The notes beneath the pieces are model-generated. The model made no database searches and was not told the origin of the DNA. It was given only the letters and a program-made list of their open reading frames with translations. The translations under genes were made by a program, and so were the position numbers. Source: a virus. Taken from it: DNA of 64,000 nucleotides. Below are positions 10,601 through 20,652 of the stretch, piece by piece. Location of the stretch: IMG/VR virus record IMGVR_UViG_3300027608_000016, positions 32,001 to 96,000 of that record; one strand, written 5' to 3'. Every line of letters starts with the position of its first letter. Position 1 is the stretch's first letter.

Positions 10601-11422
10601 CTAATTAAACAAAAACTGATATTTCTCGAACATCCAATCTTCAGGTGTTCTATATGATTCATAGACAGAGAAATTTTTGTCTATAGAAGATTTAAGGGTT
10701 TTATACATTTCTATTCCATTGATTCGTATATTATTTAATATGTTTTCAAGTTCCTTCAAGGTATTAAATCTCAATATTCCATTTCCATCGAAGTGATTGT
10801 TTACATCACAATCCCCCCAATATATAGGAACAGTTTTTGTCGCAAAGCAATCTATTATCTTTTCTGTGAAATATCCTCTCTGTATAGAATTCTCTATTGA
10901 TATAGAGAACATATAGTCATCAAGTGCCTGTCGTTTGCTTTCTATGGGCGCGTATCCTTTTCCAAACACAGCTACATTATCATATTTTTCGGAAATTATT
11001 CGATGCCTTAAACTGTGCCCCTCTGTAAAATTTTTATTGGATGCTATTATAGAGCAAAGTTCAGTTTTGTTGTATGATGGTATATGATTGTCTACCCAAC
11101 ACATACCATGTGGATAATATAGATAGTTTTCACCCTTATCTACAAGGTTCAAATCATATGTCAACACAAAATCAAAAAGTTTATTGTTTTTCTCTATCCA
11201 GTCGTATGTATTTGGGCTTATGGCCTTTGGTTCTAACAGCCAAGCAATTTTACGTTTAACCCCAACAGATTTATATACATCTAACAAACAATTGTCAGTT
11301 ATAAAGCATGTTTTACTCACCAATACATTATCAGTAATCCATTCAACATGTCTATTCACAGATTTATGACATGATGATGGTTCACCCTTAAAGTTTGTGT
11401 CTCGTATGTTAATTTTTACCAT
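10601..11422 (-). CDS. GT10-family fucosyltransferase-like protein
   Basis: YMFSISIENS...YFTEKIIDCFATKTVPIYWG. Confidence 0.8.
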   Translation of the reverse strand: MVKINIRDTNFKGEPSSCHKSVNRHVEWITDNVLVSKTCFITDNCLLDVYKSVGVKRKIAWLLEPKAISPNTYDWIEKNNKLFDFVLTYDLNLVDKGENYLYYPHGMCWVDNHIPSYNKTELCSIIASNKNFTEGHSLRHRIISEKYDNVAVFGKGYAPIESKRQALDDYMFSISIENSIQRGYFTEKIIDCFATKTVPIYWGDCDVNNHFDGNGILRFNTLKELENILNNIRINGIEMYKTLKSSIDKNFSVYESYRTPEDWMFEKYQFLFN

Positions 11423-12219
11423 TTATGTATATATTCTTCCAATTCGTATTTCGTCATATTCAATATTTTAGAAAATTCCTTTTCGTTGTTTCCGAAGAAG
11501 GCGTGAGTGTTTTCTTTGTTCTTATTCTCTTCTTTTATATGAGGTAGATGAAACAAATAAGGTTTTTTAGTATTTACATAACAAATTGATATCCCTAATT
11601 TGTTAGCTCTGTGTATTATTTCGTTATCTTCATACCCCCAACCTATAAAATTAGGGTTGAATCCCCCTATTTTTATAAATGTTTCCCTTTTACCAAATAA
11701 CGATCCTCCGACAGCTTTTAAATTCGCTACATGATAATGTTCATTAGTATATAGAAGTGTAAGTTTATCGCAGTCTACAAATTTTCTCAGCCAGTCATAC
11801 ACTTCAACATTTTCATTATGAATGTGCATCAGTTCATCTTTAACATTATAATTAAAATATATACATGTTCCATTATATCCTATACATATACTGTTAGTGT
11901 CAATAACTGTTTGTATTGATTGTATTAGGTTACTATCACTGATAATACAATCAATATCTATAAAACATACAATATCATCCTTACATTTAGACAACCCGAA
12001 ATTGTATCCGCTGCATTTATTATATGCCCCATCATTGAATAAGTGATAATATTCAACGTCTTTGTCGTTAGATAGATATTCGAAATTTTTCAATACATCA
12101 TCTTCGACGATTATGAATTTACAATTTGGTGCAATCTTTCTATAGTGCGACATGACAATAGAAAGGTTTGCGACTCTTTCTTCTGTATCTTTTCTTATAT
12201 GTGCTATGAATGTAACCAT
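11416..12219 (-). CDS. GT7/GT2 galactosyltransferase-like protein
   Basis: FIDID, GGFNPNFIGWGYED, HLPH. Confidence 0.8.
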   Translation of the reverse strand: MVTFIAHIRKDTEERVANLSIVMSHYRKIAPNCKFIIVEDDVLKNFEYLSNDKDVEYYHLFNDGAYNKCSGYNFGLSKCKDDIVCFIDIDCIISDSNLIQSIQTVIDTNSICIGYNGTCIYFNYNVKDELMHIHNENVEVYDWLRKFVDCDKLTLLYTNEHYHVANLKAVGGSLFGKRETFIKIGGFNPNFIGWGYEDNEIIHRANKLGISICYVNTKKPYLFHLPHIKEENKNKENTHAFFGNNEKEFSKILNMTKYELEEYIHKW

Positions 12220-12969
12220 TTAATATATGAATTTATCATATAAGTTAATATTTTCAAATATTGATTTGATTTTTTCAAATTTTAAATGTTTTGTATTGTA
12301 AGCTTGAACATACCCATAGTTGTTATGTGTTCCTCCAAAATCTATTCCAGTATCTTCTTTAGATGGGTCATACTTATTTTTATACCAACTCATACCCTCT
12401 AAATGATTATAATATATCCCTGCTAGATCGACATCACCTATTTTTAAATTTTCTCTCTTAATATCTTCTAAAAAAGTAGAACCTATATCATATATACAAC
12501 TCGTCTTAAAACTGTCTCTCATTCTTTTTTCATCGTGGAATTTTATGTTATGGGATTTCACATCCTCTACATTTATGAAACAGTGCCAAGGATTTACTCT
12601 GTTATATATATGTTTTCCTCCTCTATCTCCTTCAACCTTACCCATAATAGTGATATTCATGTCTTTAAATCTTTCAAATATGTCACTATGATTTTTTAAA
12701 AAAATTACATCAGTGTCTACTAAAAGTGCATACTTGGTTTTACATGATTCGATTAATATATCTACACCTTCTCCATGTGTCTTTCCGAAATTTGAAAGAT
12801 GTGGAACGTTGTATAGTTTTAACACATCGCTAGTATTGTTATCAGTAGAGTTGTCACTTAATATCAGTCGTTGCTGTCTCTCCCCATGAACTGATACCCA
12901 AGATTTTAACATTGTCAGTGTTATATCTGGAGTATTATAGGAACATGTTATCAAAGTCAAGTCATCCAT
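12220..12969 (-). CDS. GT2-like glycosyltransferase
   Basis: ITCSYNT, DNS, HGEG, LVDTD. Confidence 0.65.
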   Translation of the reverse strand: MDDLTLITCSYNTPDITLTMLKSWVSVHGERQQRLILSDNSTDNNTSDVLKLYNVPHLSNFGKTHGEGVDILIESCKTKYALLVDTDVIFLKNHSDIFERFKDMNITIMGKVEGDRGGKHIYNRVNPWHCFINVEDVKSHNIKFHDEKRMRDSFKTSCIYDIGSTFLEDIKRENLKIGDVDLAGIYYNHLEGMSWYKNKYDPSKEDTGIDFGGTHNNYGYVQAYNTKHLKFEKIKSIFENINLYDKFIY

Positions 12970-13807
12970 TTTTTATGTCTTTAAGAGTTTTAAGAAAATC
13001 GTTTTGACTTACCTGTGGTGTTTGTGCAGGATATGTCCCGTTTTTGATCCTGTATTTATCTGCGTTTTTTTGCACGTTTTCCATCCATGCGTCTGTATTT
13101 TTAGCAGTGACACTATTTTTTATGGCATCTTTCTGTGGTGATATATACTCGTCACTATTGTATATGTCCGCAAACCACCAGAAAGGAGGATGGAACCCTT
13201 TTTTAATTGCTTGATATGTATGATCAACATGTTCCCAAGCATTGTAAAACTGTTCATCAATATACCCAATGGATTCTATCACCTTTCTATTGTAATATGA
13301 AAACATTCCGCATATGTGGGGATAGAAAGCCATTTTAATATTTTCATATTCTACTATTATTCTAGGATTAGGTTCTCCGTCATTGTCTAATTCATGTCTA
13401 TTATGTAAATCGAATTGGATGGATTGCTTTTTGTTAAATGGTGTTCCCAATGCATAATTTAAATGTAAAATTCCAGTCTCTTTAGATGCTTCAATATATT
13501 TTTGGAAAACAATCATGTTTTTTATTGTTATATCATCTTCCAGAATGAAAATATGTTCACATCCTGCATCCATAAGATATTTAATTGCTCTATTTTTAGA
13601 TTTACCGATTCCTAAATTTTTTTCGTTTTGTATATATTTCGTAGCAAGATTTAATTTTTCAAGTTTTTCAAAATCTTCATGTGGTTCTCCATCGTTTACA
13701 ACTACTAATTCAGAATAATATGCAGGATTAAATAAAGACCCTAAACATTTAGCCAAATATTCGTGTCTGTTACAAGTTATGATGCCTATTCCAATTTTAT
13801 CGTTCAT
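12962..13807 (-). CDS. GT2-family glycosyltransferase
   Basis: IITCNR, VVNDG, NLGIGKSKN, ILEDD, GYIDEQF..AWEHVD. Confidence 0.85.
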   Translation of the reverse strand: MNDKIGIGIITCNRHEYLAKCLGSLFNPAYYSELVVVNDGEPHEDFEKLEKLNLATKYIQNEKNLGIGKSKNRAIKYLMDAGCEHIFILEDDITIKNMIVFQKYIEASKETGILHLNYALGTPFNKKQSIQFDLHNRHELDNDGEPNPRIIVEYENIKMAFYPHICGMFSYYNRKVIESIGYIDEQFYNAWEHVDHTYQAIKKGFHPPFWWFADIYNSDEYISPQKDAIKNSVTAKNTDAWMENVQKNADKYRIKNGTYPAQTPQVSQNDFLKTLKDIKNG

Positions 13808-14530
13808 TTATTTACTAAGTCTAATTTTTTTCAAATCTTCTTTAAGATGTTCCAAATTTCCAGCACTCTGCTCCCAAGGCAAATCTTCGTATTTATATAG
13901 ATACCACTGACTAGAATATTCATCCATTTCGGGTTGTTCTAATACTTTGTTATCGCTTTCAACATCGAAGAACCAAGGAGTTTGTTTATATTCAATTCTT
14001 GGCATTTTTCCTTTGTTGGACAATCTATTAACATAATCAATCATACACGAATAATCTGTCATTCGAACATCAAAATAACCAACAGTCTCAATCGCATCTT
14101 TCCTAATGACTTCTATTGTTATTCTTTGTCCTAAACCTGTCCCTATACTGATGTTTTGTCCACCGTAATCAACCTTTAAAGATATTTTTAATGCTCCTGT
14201 GAAATAAGGAATGTTAGTGTCTTCAATGGCTTTAATATATTTACCTATCGTATCCTTAACCCTTTCTAAGCTTTGTTGCGATAATCTAATATCCGATTTC
14301 CACAATACGCAATATTCATTTTCTGAATTGAAAAAATTTCTCAATGCAGCGTTTTTCAATTGTGTGGTATTATCTTCTTTGGTATATTTAACAACGGAAG
14401 AATCTAATGAGATGTTTCCCTCCTCGTCAAAATCCGTGTTTAAAGTGGATTCAAACCTGTCGAATATTACAAATTTAACCTTAGTTCGAATCTGTTTGGC
14501 TGTTTCTGTAGATATCAATGCATTTTTCAT
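13808..14530 (-). CDS. Degenerate paralog of the adjacent GT2
   Basis: Alignable by eye with 12962-13807 (KYIKA/KYIEA, IETVGYFD/IESIGYID, WFFD/WFAD) but EDD is replaced by KSD. Confidence 0.5.
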   Translation of the reverse strand: MKNALISTETAKQIRTKVKFVIFDRFESTLNTDFDEEGNISLDSSVVKYTKEDNTTQLKNAALRNFFNSENEYCVLWKSDIRLSQQSLERVKDTIGKYIKAIEDTNIPYFTGALKISLKVDYGGQNISIGTGLGQRITIEVIRKDAIETVGYFDVRMTDYSCMIDYVNRLSNKGKMPRIEYKQTPWFFDVESDNKVLEQPEMDEYSSQWYLYKYEDLPWEQSAGNLEHLKEDLKKIRLSK

Positions 14531-15539
14531 ATATTTCGTCCTTGTCTAATTCTGTATTTAATAGCTTTATAAATTCTTTCAATGATGAATCTATATCAAT
14601 ATATCCACCGTTTTCCATTTGTTTTGTTGGTGTCAAATCGTCCATCTCTAATACAAAGTTCGTTTTTAATTGAATGGGATTCATATTGTTCAATTTCAAC
14701 AATACCATATTGAGTTTTTCATCCGGTATTTTTTCATCTACCGTCAATTCTATGATGTTATCCTTTATCAGTTCTTTCCATTCTGATTTGCCTTCTAACA
14801 TCTCTCCTAAACTTATTTTCAAATGTCTAGGAGATATTTTGTTAACAATGAACTCGTATTTCATTGTTTCTAGGTCTAATACTGTAATCCCTTTTTCCTG
14901 CCCTGCTTCTCCCCAATTTTGCTCATAAGGGGAACCTAGATATAAAATCTCTTTCTTGTCGTCGTATATTCTATGTTCTCTGTTGTGAAAATGTCCGCTA
15001 ATAATAGTCTTCCCTTTCTCTAAAAATTTGGATGAATCTATACCGTGATCGCATATTTTTACAGAGTTTATCTTAAAGTTACCTATTTCAAAATGTCCAA
15101 ATATTATATCGCTATCAGGAATATCCTTAGTTTCTACACCCCAAGGACAAAATGATATATTTTTGTTGAATTGTTTAACTGATACTAAAGTGTCCAGAAC
15201 TTTTACATTTGGCCATTCACTAAACGGTTTCAAGGAGTGTATAGTAGAATTGTTCTTGAAGTAACAACAATGATTTCCTGTTGTCATCACAACATTAAAA
15301 TCCTTAAATTTTTTGAGGAAAGTCGTTCCACAATCTAAGGTGGTTTGATTTACTTCTTCTCTATAATGGAAGAAATCACCACAAAAAACTATGTCTGTCA
15401 CTCCTCTTTTAGTGAATTCTGATATGGCCCAATCAGCAAAATCCAAACTTATCTTGTGCCATTTATCATTGTTTCCATGAACTCCTATATGGGAGTCTGA
15501 AAACAATCCTATTTTTCTACCTTCTAAAATGTTATTCAT
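14481..15539 (-). CDS. gp47: Recombination endonuclease subunit (T4 gp47, SbcD/Mre11-like)
   Basis: DSHIG, GDFF, GNH, GHFE, SGHFH, YLGSPY; directly downstream of gp55. Confidence 0.9.
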   Translation of the reverse strand: MNNILEGRKIGLFSDSHIGVHGNNDKWHKISLDFADWAISEFTKRGVTDIVFCGDFFHYREEVNQTTLDCGTTFLKKFKDFNVVMTTGNHCCYFKNNSTIHSLKPFSEWPNVKVLDTLVSVKQFNKNISFCPWGVETKDIPDSDIIFGHFEIGNFKINSVKICDHGIDSSKFLEKGKTIISGHFHNREHRIYDDKKEILYLGSPYEQNWGEAGQEKGITVLDLETMKYEFIVNKISPRHLKISLGEMLEGKSEWKELIKDNIIELTVDEKIPDEKLNMVLLKLNNMNPIQLKTNFVLEMDDLTPTKQMENGGYIDIDSSLKEFIKLLNTELDKDEIYEKCIDIYRNSQTDSN

Positions 15540-16098
15540 CTTCATTCGACGATTCACAATCAGCGTCATACCAAGAGTTTTCGTTTTCGTCATCATCATT
15601 GCCTTTTTTCTGGTATGGTATTTGGCCCGATTCAGTTAATAACCCATAAACACTTGCTTGATATCTTTTTATTGTATCATGATCTTTCTTTTCCTTTTTA
15701 ATTCTGTTTTGAAATGCTCTAAATGCAACTTTAGTAAAATAAGAAAACGGGTTATATCCTGAACCTACTAGGAATCTTCTACGTTTTAAAGCTGTAACCA
15801 TTTTTATGACAGCATCTCCAATCATCTCTTCTTTATATGAATAATTTATAAAATTTTGTGCGAACCCCAATCTCGTAGCTATCTTCTGAATCATATCCGC
15901 TAATTCACTAGAGAATACATCTGTTTCATAGAATTGTTTAATCATTTCTTCCATGTAAATAGGATCGACATAATTAGTTTTCAGTTGCTCTTTAGTTCTT
16001 CTAACTCTCTTTTTAGGCATCTTTTGTTTTAGTTCATCGTCGTGATCTAATCCAGATTCTTCGAAGAAGTCATCGTCTTTTATTTTAGTTTTTTTCAT
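15532..16098 (-). CDS. gp55: Late-transcription sigma factor (T4 gp55)
   Basis: NYVD, IATRL...NFINYSYKEEMIGDA, NPFSYFT.VAF.AF..RIKKEKK. Confidence 0.9.
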   Translation of the reverse strand: MKKTKIKDDDFFEESGLDHDDELKQKMPKKRVRRTKEQLKTNYVDPIYMEEMIKQFYETDVFSSELADMIQKIATRLGFAQNFINYSYKEEMIGDAVIKMVTALKRRRFLVGSGYNPFSYFTKVAFRAFQNRIKKEKKDHDTIKRYQASVYGLLTESGQIPYQKKGNDDDENENSWYDADCESSNEDE

Positions 16099-16139
16099 AT
16101 ATTTAAATTACATCTAAACTGTTATAGCTTCCTTCATGT

Positions 16140-16313
16140 CTAGACCAACAACCGCACTTGTGTTGTTGTTATCCTCGTTGTTGTTATAAAGTTATAACAT
16201 CCAGTGGTTCCAATTTCATGTATGGTTTCTGCCCCTCCACCGCACCCACATTCATGTAATTCTTGACAAAGTGTTGAATGTGTCATATAGTAAGGTTTTT
16301 CTATATCTTTCAT
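16140..16313 (-). CDS. Small hypothetical protein (57 aa, CGC motif)
   Basis: ORF MKDIEKPYY... preceded by TTGATT-N16-TATAAT. Confidence 0.4.
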   Translation of the reverse strand: MKDIEKPYYMTHSTLCQELHECGCGGGAETIHEIGTTGCYNFITTTRITTTQVRLLV

Positions 16314-16351
16314 ATATCGAGTATTGTATTATACACTAGTTTAAAAATAAA

Positions 16352-17812
16352 TCAAATTTCACTTATTGGGGTTTCTTTGACTGGTATTTTCTCTTTTATG
16401 TATATCTTTAATCGTTCAGTATAATGTTCCCATCCATACCTTAACATATCAGCTATATCAAAAATATATGCCATCTCCTTAGATTGGTGCAGTCTCAAGC
16501 TTCTACCAATAGATTGTATTAATTTTATTTTAGCTTTTCCGATTGCAGCAAAAATAATATAATGCAAGTTTTTGATATTAATACCTGTGCTGAATATGTT
16601 GGATATTGCCACACACACAATATCATTTTCTGATTCCATCAACTTTCTTATGTTCTCACGATCTTCAATTTCGATTTTACCGTGTATGAAATAAACTCTT
16701 TTATTAGTTCCCTTCGATAGTAAATCATATAACAACTCACCGTGAACTATTCTATCTACCATAATCAAAACGTTTTTTTCTACCTTGTTCACTAATTTTA
16801 CAATAGTATTGTTTCTGAATTCATTATGGTGGAGAAAATCTATTTCTTCTTCATATGCTTCAGTAGGATTTAAATGATTAGGTTTCTTAAATTTTCTGCT
16901 AGGATCATAATGAACTTTAATAGTGGAAATAACAACCTTGGAAATCTGTTTATTGTTTCTCAATTCTTCGGATGTTTTGGTGTATATGACAGACCCGAAT
17001 ATTCCGTTGATGCACCACTTGTCCAGTTTAGATTCTGGTAAAGTCCCTGTCAATCCATAACGATATTTAGCAGGTATTTTAGATACTATCTTATTTATCT
17101 CGTTGCCGTGGCGGAACTTATGACACTCATCGCAAATCAATACATCAATCCTACTCAACCAAGAAATGTCCTGAGTTTCAGATTGAAGTATTTGAGTGTT
17201 CGTTATTACAATTTTAGTATTAGGGGATGCTCCTCCTTCCCAACAACTTATATCTTTCTCGCTTATTCCGTATTGTAAACATTCATCGTATGTTTGTTTC
17301 AACAGTTGTATGTTTGGAACTATCACTAATGTTATTACATCCTTTATTTGATTTCTAATTGATTCTATTAGAGTTGACAACACTAAAGTTTTACCAGCAG
17401 AAGTTGGTAAGATTATTACTCCATATCCTTTCTGCAAAGCAACAAGCACAGATTCCTTTTGGTAATCCCTTAAAGATATCCCCAATTTATCCAAGTTGTT
17501 TAATTTTATTATTTCACCCTTTAATGATGGAGGATTAACTATGTTTTTAAACTCCTCTGATAGTTCAATATTTATAGGTGTATCTAAAGTGTTTAGATAG
17601 TCTATCAGTTCATTATACATTCGTGGCTCAAACCTGCCTTGTGGTGTTATTACATAATTCCTAGAATGTATAGAATATCCTACACTGTATTTCTTTTTAT
17701 ATTTCTGATTTTTATCTTCAACTGAAAAATACTCACGAATATTCGAGAAATAATCCGATTCGATCATTCCTTTTCGTCTTCCAGTATCATAATCAATTTT
17801 AACATTAATCAT
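16352..17812 (-). CDS. uvsW: UvsW SF2 DNA helicase
   Basis: LRDYQ, PTSAGKT, DECH, GLTGT, STGINI, QSIGRSLR; next to uvsY. Confidence 0.92.
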   Translation of the reverse strand: MINVKIDYDTGRRKGMIESDYFSNIREYFSVEDKNQKYKKKYSVGYSIHSRNYVITPQGRFEPRMYNELIDYLNTLDTPINIELSEEFKNIVNPPSLKGEIIKLNNLDKLGISLRDYQKESVLVALQKGYGVIILPTSAGKTLVLSTLIESIRNQIKDVITLVIVPNIQLLKQTYDECLQYGISEKDISCWEGGASPNTKIVITNTQILQSETQDISWLSRIDVLICDECHKFRHGNEINKIVSKIPAKYRYGLTGTLPESKLDKWCINGIFGSVIYTKTSEELRNNKQISKVVISTIKVHYDPSRKFKKPNHLNPTEAYEEEIDFLHHNEFRNNTIVKLVNKVEKNVLIMVDRIVHGELLYDLLSKGTNKRVYFIHGKIEIEDRENIRKLMESENDIVCVAISNIFSTGINIKNLHYIIFAAIGKAKIKLIQSIGRSLRLHQSKEMAYIFDIADMLRYGWEHYTERLKIYIKEKIPVKETPISEI

Positions 17813-17813
17813 A

Positions 17814-18242
17814 TTATGTCGTCTCCATTTTAACTATTTCTATCAAATTTTTTAAATCATAACTTGTCGATCTAAAATTAGCTTCTATTTTAGAAAGATA
17901 ATCAATTAGAAGTTCTTCTTCTATTACCTTTTCGTCTATCTTTTTAACTATTTCATTTTCTTCAGCAGCATCTTTCATGGTTTTTTGATGCGTTCCTATT
18001 GGCAAATCTTTTTTCAATTTGTCTGTTATTATCTTAATAGCCTTTTTTCTTTGTTTCTGAAGGTTTATTATTTCGCTTTTATGCAACATCAATCGACCAA
18101 CCCAATAATGTCTTTGGTTGGGTAAATCCATTTGAATGTCTTTCATGTTAAATTCATCTATCTTAACAGCTTTACCTATTTTTTCGTGATATTCCTCTAA
18201 ACGCTCTTTCAAGGTTTTTTCTTTTTGATTAGAATCTTCCAT
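17814..18242 (-). CDS. uvsY: UvsY recombination mediator
   Basis: Size, helical profile, KID...LP..H.W and ..YDLKNLIE..K C-terminus; upstream of uvsW. Confidence 0.75.
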   Translation of the reverse strand: MEDSNQKEKTLKERLEEYHEKIGKAVKIDEFNMKDIQMDLPNQRHYWVGRLMLHKSEIINLQKQRKKAIKIITDKLKKDLPIGTHQKTMKDAAEENEIVKKIDEKVIEEELLIDYLSKIEANFRSTSYDLKNLIEIVKMETT

Positions 18243-18298
18243 AAGTATATAAGAATTATACCACAGTTTATAATAAAATCCACTAAATATTAGTAATT

Positions 18299-18574
18299 AT
18301 GATTAAAAATTTTACACAACTAGTTAATGATGTGATAGAAGAGAATATTACATCAGGTGTCGCTTTCGGAACACCTTCTATAATAGGTGGGGTGCCAGAT
18401 CAATTTTCAGGGGATACATATGCAAAAGGGGATAGTAGGAAACCATTTGGTATGGGAAAAGTAATCAAAAGAAAGTTCCCTGAAAATATTATAATTGGAC
18501 AAAAAGGGAAAAAGAAGTCAAAAAAGAAGTCAAAAAAGAAGTCAAAAAAGAACAAAAAACGTAAAAGTCCATAA
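18299..18574 (+). CDS. Small basic late protein with leader and (KKKS)n tail
   Basis: TAAATA upstream; MIKNFTQLVNDVIEE; 12-bp tandem repeat. Confidence 0.65.
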   Translation: MIKNFTQLVNDVIEENITSGVAFGTPSIIGGVPDQFSGDTYAKGDSRKPFGMGKVIKRKFPENIIIGQKGKKKSKKKSKKKSKKNKKRKSP

Positions 18575-18707
18575 TCTGTGATCTTCAAACTCCCCGAAGT
18601 TCTTAAAGAACATTTAACGTCGATTTTTGATTTGTCAAGCGACTCAAACGAAAAAAGTTGAAAAAAGTTAAAATAGTTGTAAGTAGTTAAATATAAACAA
18701 ATTACAT

Positions 18708-19151
18708 ATGGAATGGGAAAATATACCAGCAGATATAGAAAATTGGTTTGGCTTCGTTTACTGCATTGAAAGGTTGAATGCAGAACAGGGAGAGAAACGC
18801 TTTTATTGGGGTTGTAAGCAGTTCATTAAGAGAACTAAGATGCCTCCACTAAAAGGCAAGAAGAGGAAGCGTAAAAAGGTGTCCGAATCAGATTGGAGAG
18901 ACTATTATGGTAGTAGTGAAGAGTTGAAAAAGGATGTAGAGAAACACGGAAAGGAAAACTTTAGACGTATTATATTGAAACTATGCACTTGTAAATGGCA
19001 AATAAAATACGAGGAACTTAAAATACAGATAGATAATAATGTCCTTTTTAGAGATGACGCATACAACGGGATCGTAAATGCACGTATAGGCTGTGTGCCC
19101 AAAGATTTAAAAAAACACTACGAACATTTAAATCGTGGACAAAGTATTTAA
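18708..19151 (+). CDS. GIY-YIG-like nuclease (T4-like conserved)
   Basis: FGFVYCI...YWGCKQF, SDWRDYYGSS, F.R.IL, YNG. Confidence 0.75.
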   Translation: MEWENIPADIENWFGFVYCIERLNAEQGEKRFYWGCKQFIKRTKMPPLKGKKRKRKKVSESDWRDYYGSSEELKKDVEKHGKENFRRIILKLCTCKWQIKYEELKIQIDNNVLFRDDAYNGIVNARIGCVPKDLKKHYEHLNRGQSI

Positions 19152-19181
19152 ACCTGTTATAATTGTTAAATATAATAAGTT

Positions 19182-19772
19182 ATGAATCATTTAAGTCGAT
19201 GTGTATTTTGCAGTTCAACCTCCTATGGTAGGGGATGTAGGTATTCCACAAACGGAGTGCATTTTCATCCAGACGATTCAAAAAAATGCTCTTATTGTGG
19301 TTCAACCTCTTATGGAAAGGGATGTAGGTATTCTACTAATGGAGTGCATATTCATGGTATAAACTATAACAGCATGTTGAAAGAGAGGATGGAAGAAGTG
19401 CTAACAAACAAACTATTGTTAACAGAGCTTAAAAAACCGTTCACAGAGTTTGATGCATATAGATTGGGGTTAATAAACGAAAAGGGAAATAAACTGAAAG
19501 AACCCATAACAGAAGAGGAGAACATGGCAATGTCACCAGCCAATAGAACCCTTTTCCAAATTAAGAGATTTTTAGGTTCCAAAATAGAGTTGATAGAAAA
19601 CATGGAAATATTAGAAAATCAAAAGCTTTTAAATTTCTCTGTTGAGAAGTATGAGAAGATTTTAGAATATGAAACAAAAATAAACAAGATTTTTGAAGAT
19701 TTTCATTCGTTGATACATGAAGCGGAACAAGATAACATATCATTTGAAATATTGGAAGCTCTGATAAAATGA
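19182..19772 (+). CDS. Protein with twin Cys/His (Zn-finger-like) repeat plus T4-like conserved domain
   Basis: 2x CxxCxSTSYGxGCRYSTNGVHxH; KPFTEFDAYRLGLINEKGNKLK. Confidence 0.6.
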   Translation: MNHLSRCVFCSSTSYGRGCRYSTNGVHFHPDDSKKCSYCGSTSYGKGCRYSTNGVHIHGINYNSMLKERMEEVLTNKLLLTELKKPFTEFDAYRLGLINEKGNKLKEPITEEENMAMSPANRTLFQIKRFLGSKIELIENMEILENQKLLNFSVEKYEKILEYETKINKIFEDFHSLIHEAEQDNISFEILEALIK

Positions 19773-20338
19773 AATTAAATTATAAAGAATTTGATAAATC
19801 TAGAGTTTGTGTAATTGACTCTTTCCCAATACTGTATAAATCCATTCAAGATGTTATTTATACGTGTGAAACAAACAATATCCCTTTCAATTTCATAGGG
19901 AGGGGTTCAGGGGATGTGCATAATTTATTCTATCATTTTTGCATAGAGAATATTTTCTATGCTCATAAAAACTGCAAGTCCAAGTATCCAAAGGTTCTGT
20001 TGTTATACCCATTCATGAACTATCAGAAAAACCATAAAATAGCTAACTTTTTCGCAAACAGTAAAATTTTCGAAAAGCTTTTAAAGGTTATTCCCTTCCC
20101 TTATTGTAAATGCTCCACATACAACGACAAGGAGATGGAATCTGCTGCTATATCTACTATTGAAAAACATAGAATAGACTATAACAAGATAACCAAATTC
20201 GCAAACGTTAAAAAACTTACTAGCATATTGAAAAAATTTAAACAGCAGAAACAATTTAGTCATGGGTTTATAGATAATGAAGAACTTGAACTTCAACCCC
20301 CTGAATTGCCTATAGAAAAAAACAATACAAAAGGATAA
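19769..20338 (+). CDS. Hypothetical protein
   Basis: 189-aa ORF coupled to the previous gene (ATGA overlap). Confidence 0.55.
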   Translation: MKLNYKEFDKSRVCVIDSFPILYKSIQDVIYTCETNNIPFNFIGRGSGDVHNLFYHFCIENIFYAHKNCKSKYPKVLLLYPFMNYQKNHKIANFFANSKIFEKLLKVIPFPYCKCSTYNDKEMESAAISTIEKHRIDYNKITKFANVKKLTSILKKFKQQKQFSHGFIDNEELELQPPELPIEKNNTKG

Positions 20339-20348
20339 ATAGTGTTAT

Positions 20349-20612
20349 ATGAGTAAATTTGAACAAATCTTTGAACGTGTAAACGCAGAACTAGAAGAGG
20401 GGTATACATCTCCTGCGCCAACTCCTGCGCCAACCACTGGTGCTCCGACAACACCAGCAACACCAACTACTCCTCCAGTAGCAGGAACAAAGCCTCCTAC
20501 AACTACATACGATTCTACTCATCCAGCTATTCAAAACATAGCTAAAGAGACAGACCCTAATAAGATATTGAAGATGTTTCAAGATTTGAAAATTGCCTTA
20601 CCGCCTAAATAA
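20349..20612 (+). CDS. Small Pro/Thr-rich late protein with leader
   Basis: TAAATA upstream; MSKFEQIFERVNAELEE; PAPT repeats. Confidence 0.65.
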   Translation: MSKFEQIFERVNAELEEGYTSPAPTPAPTTGAPTTPATPTTPPVAGTKPPTTTYDSTHPAIQNIAKETDPNKILKMFQDLKIALPPK

Positions 20613-20652
20613 TAGTTGAAATAGGAGTTATACGTGTTATAATATGTTCAAT

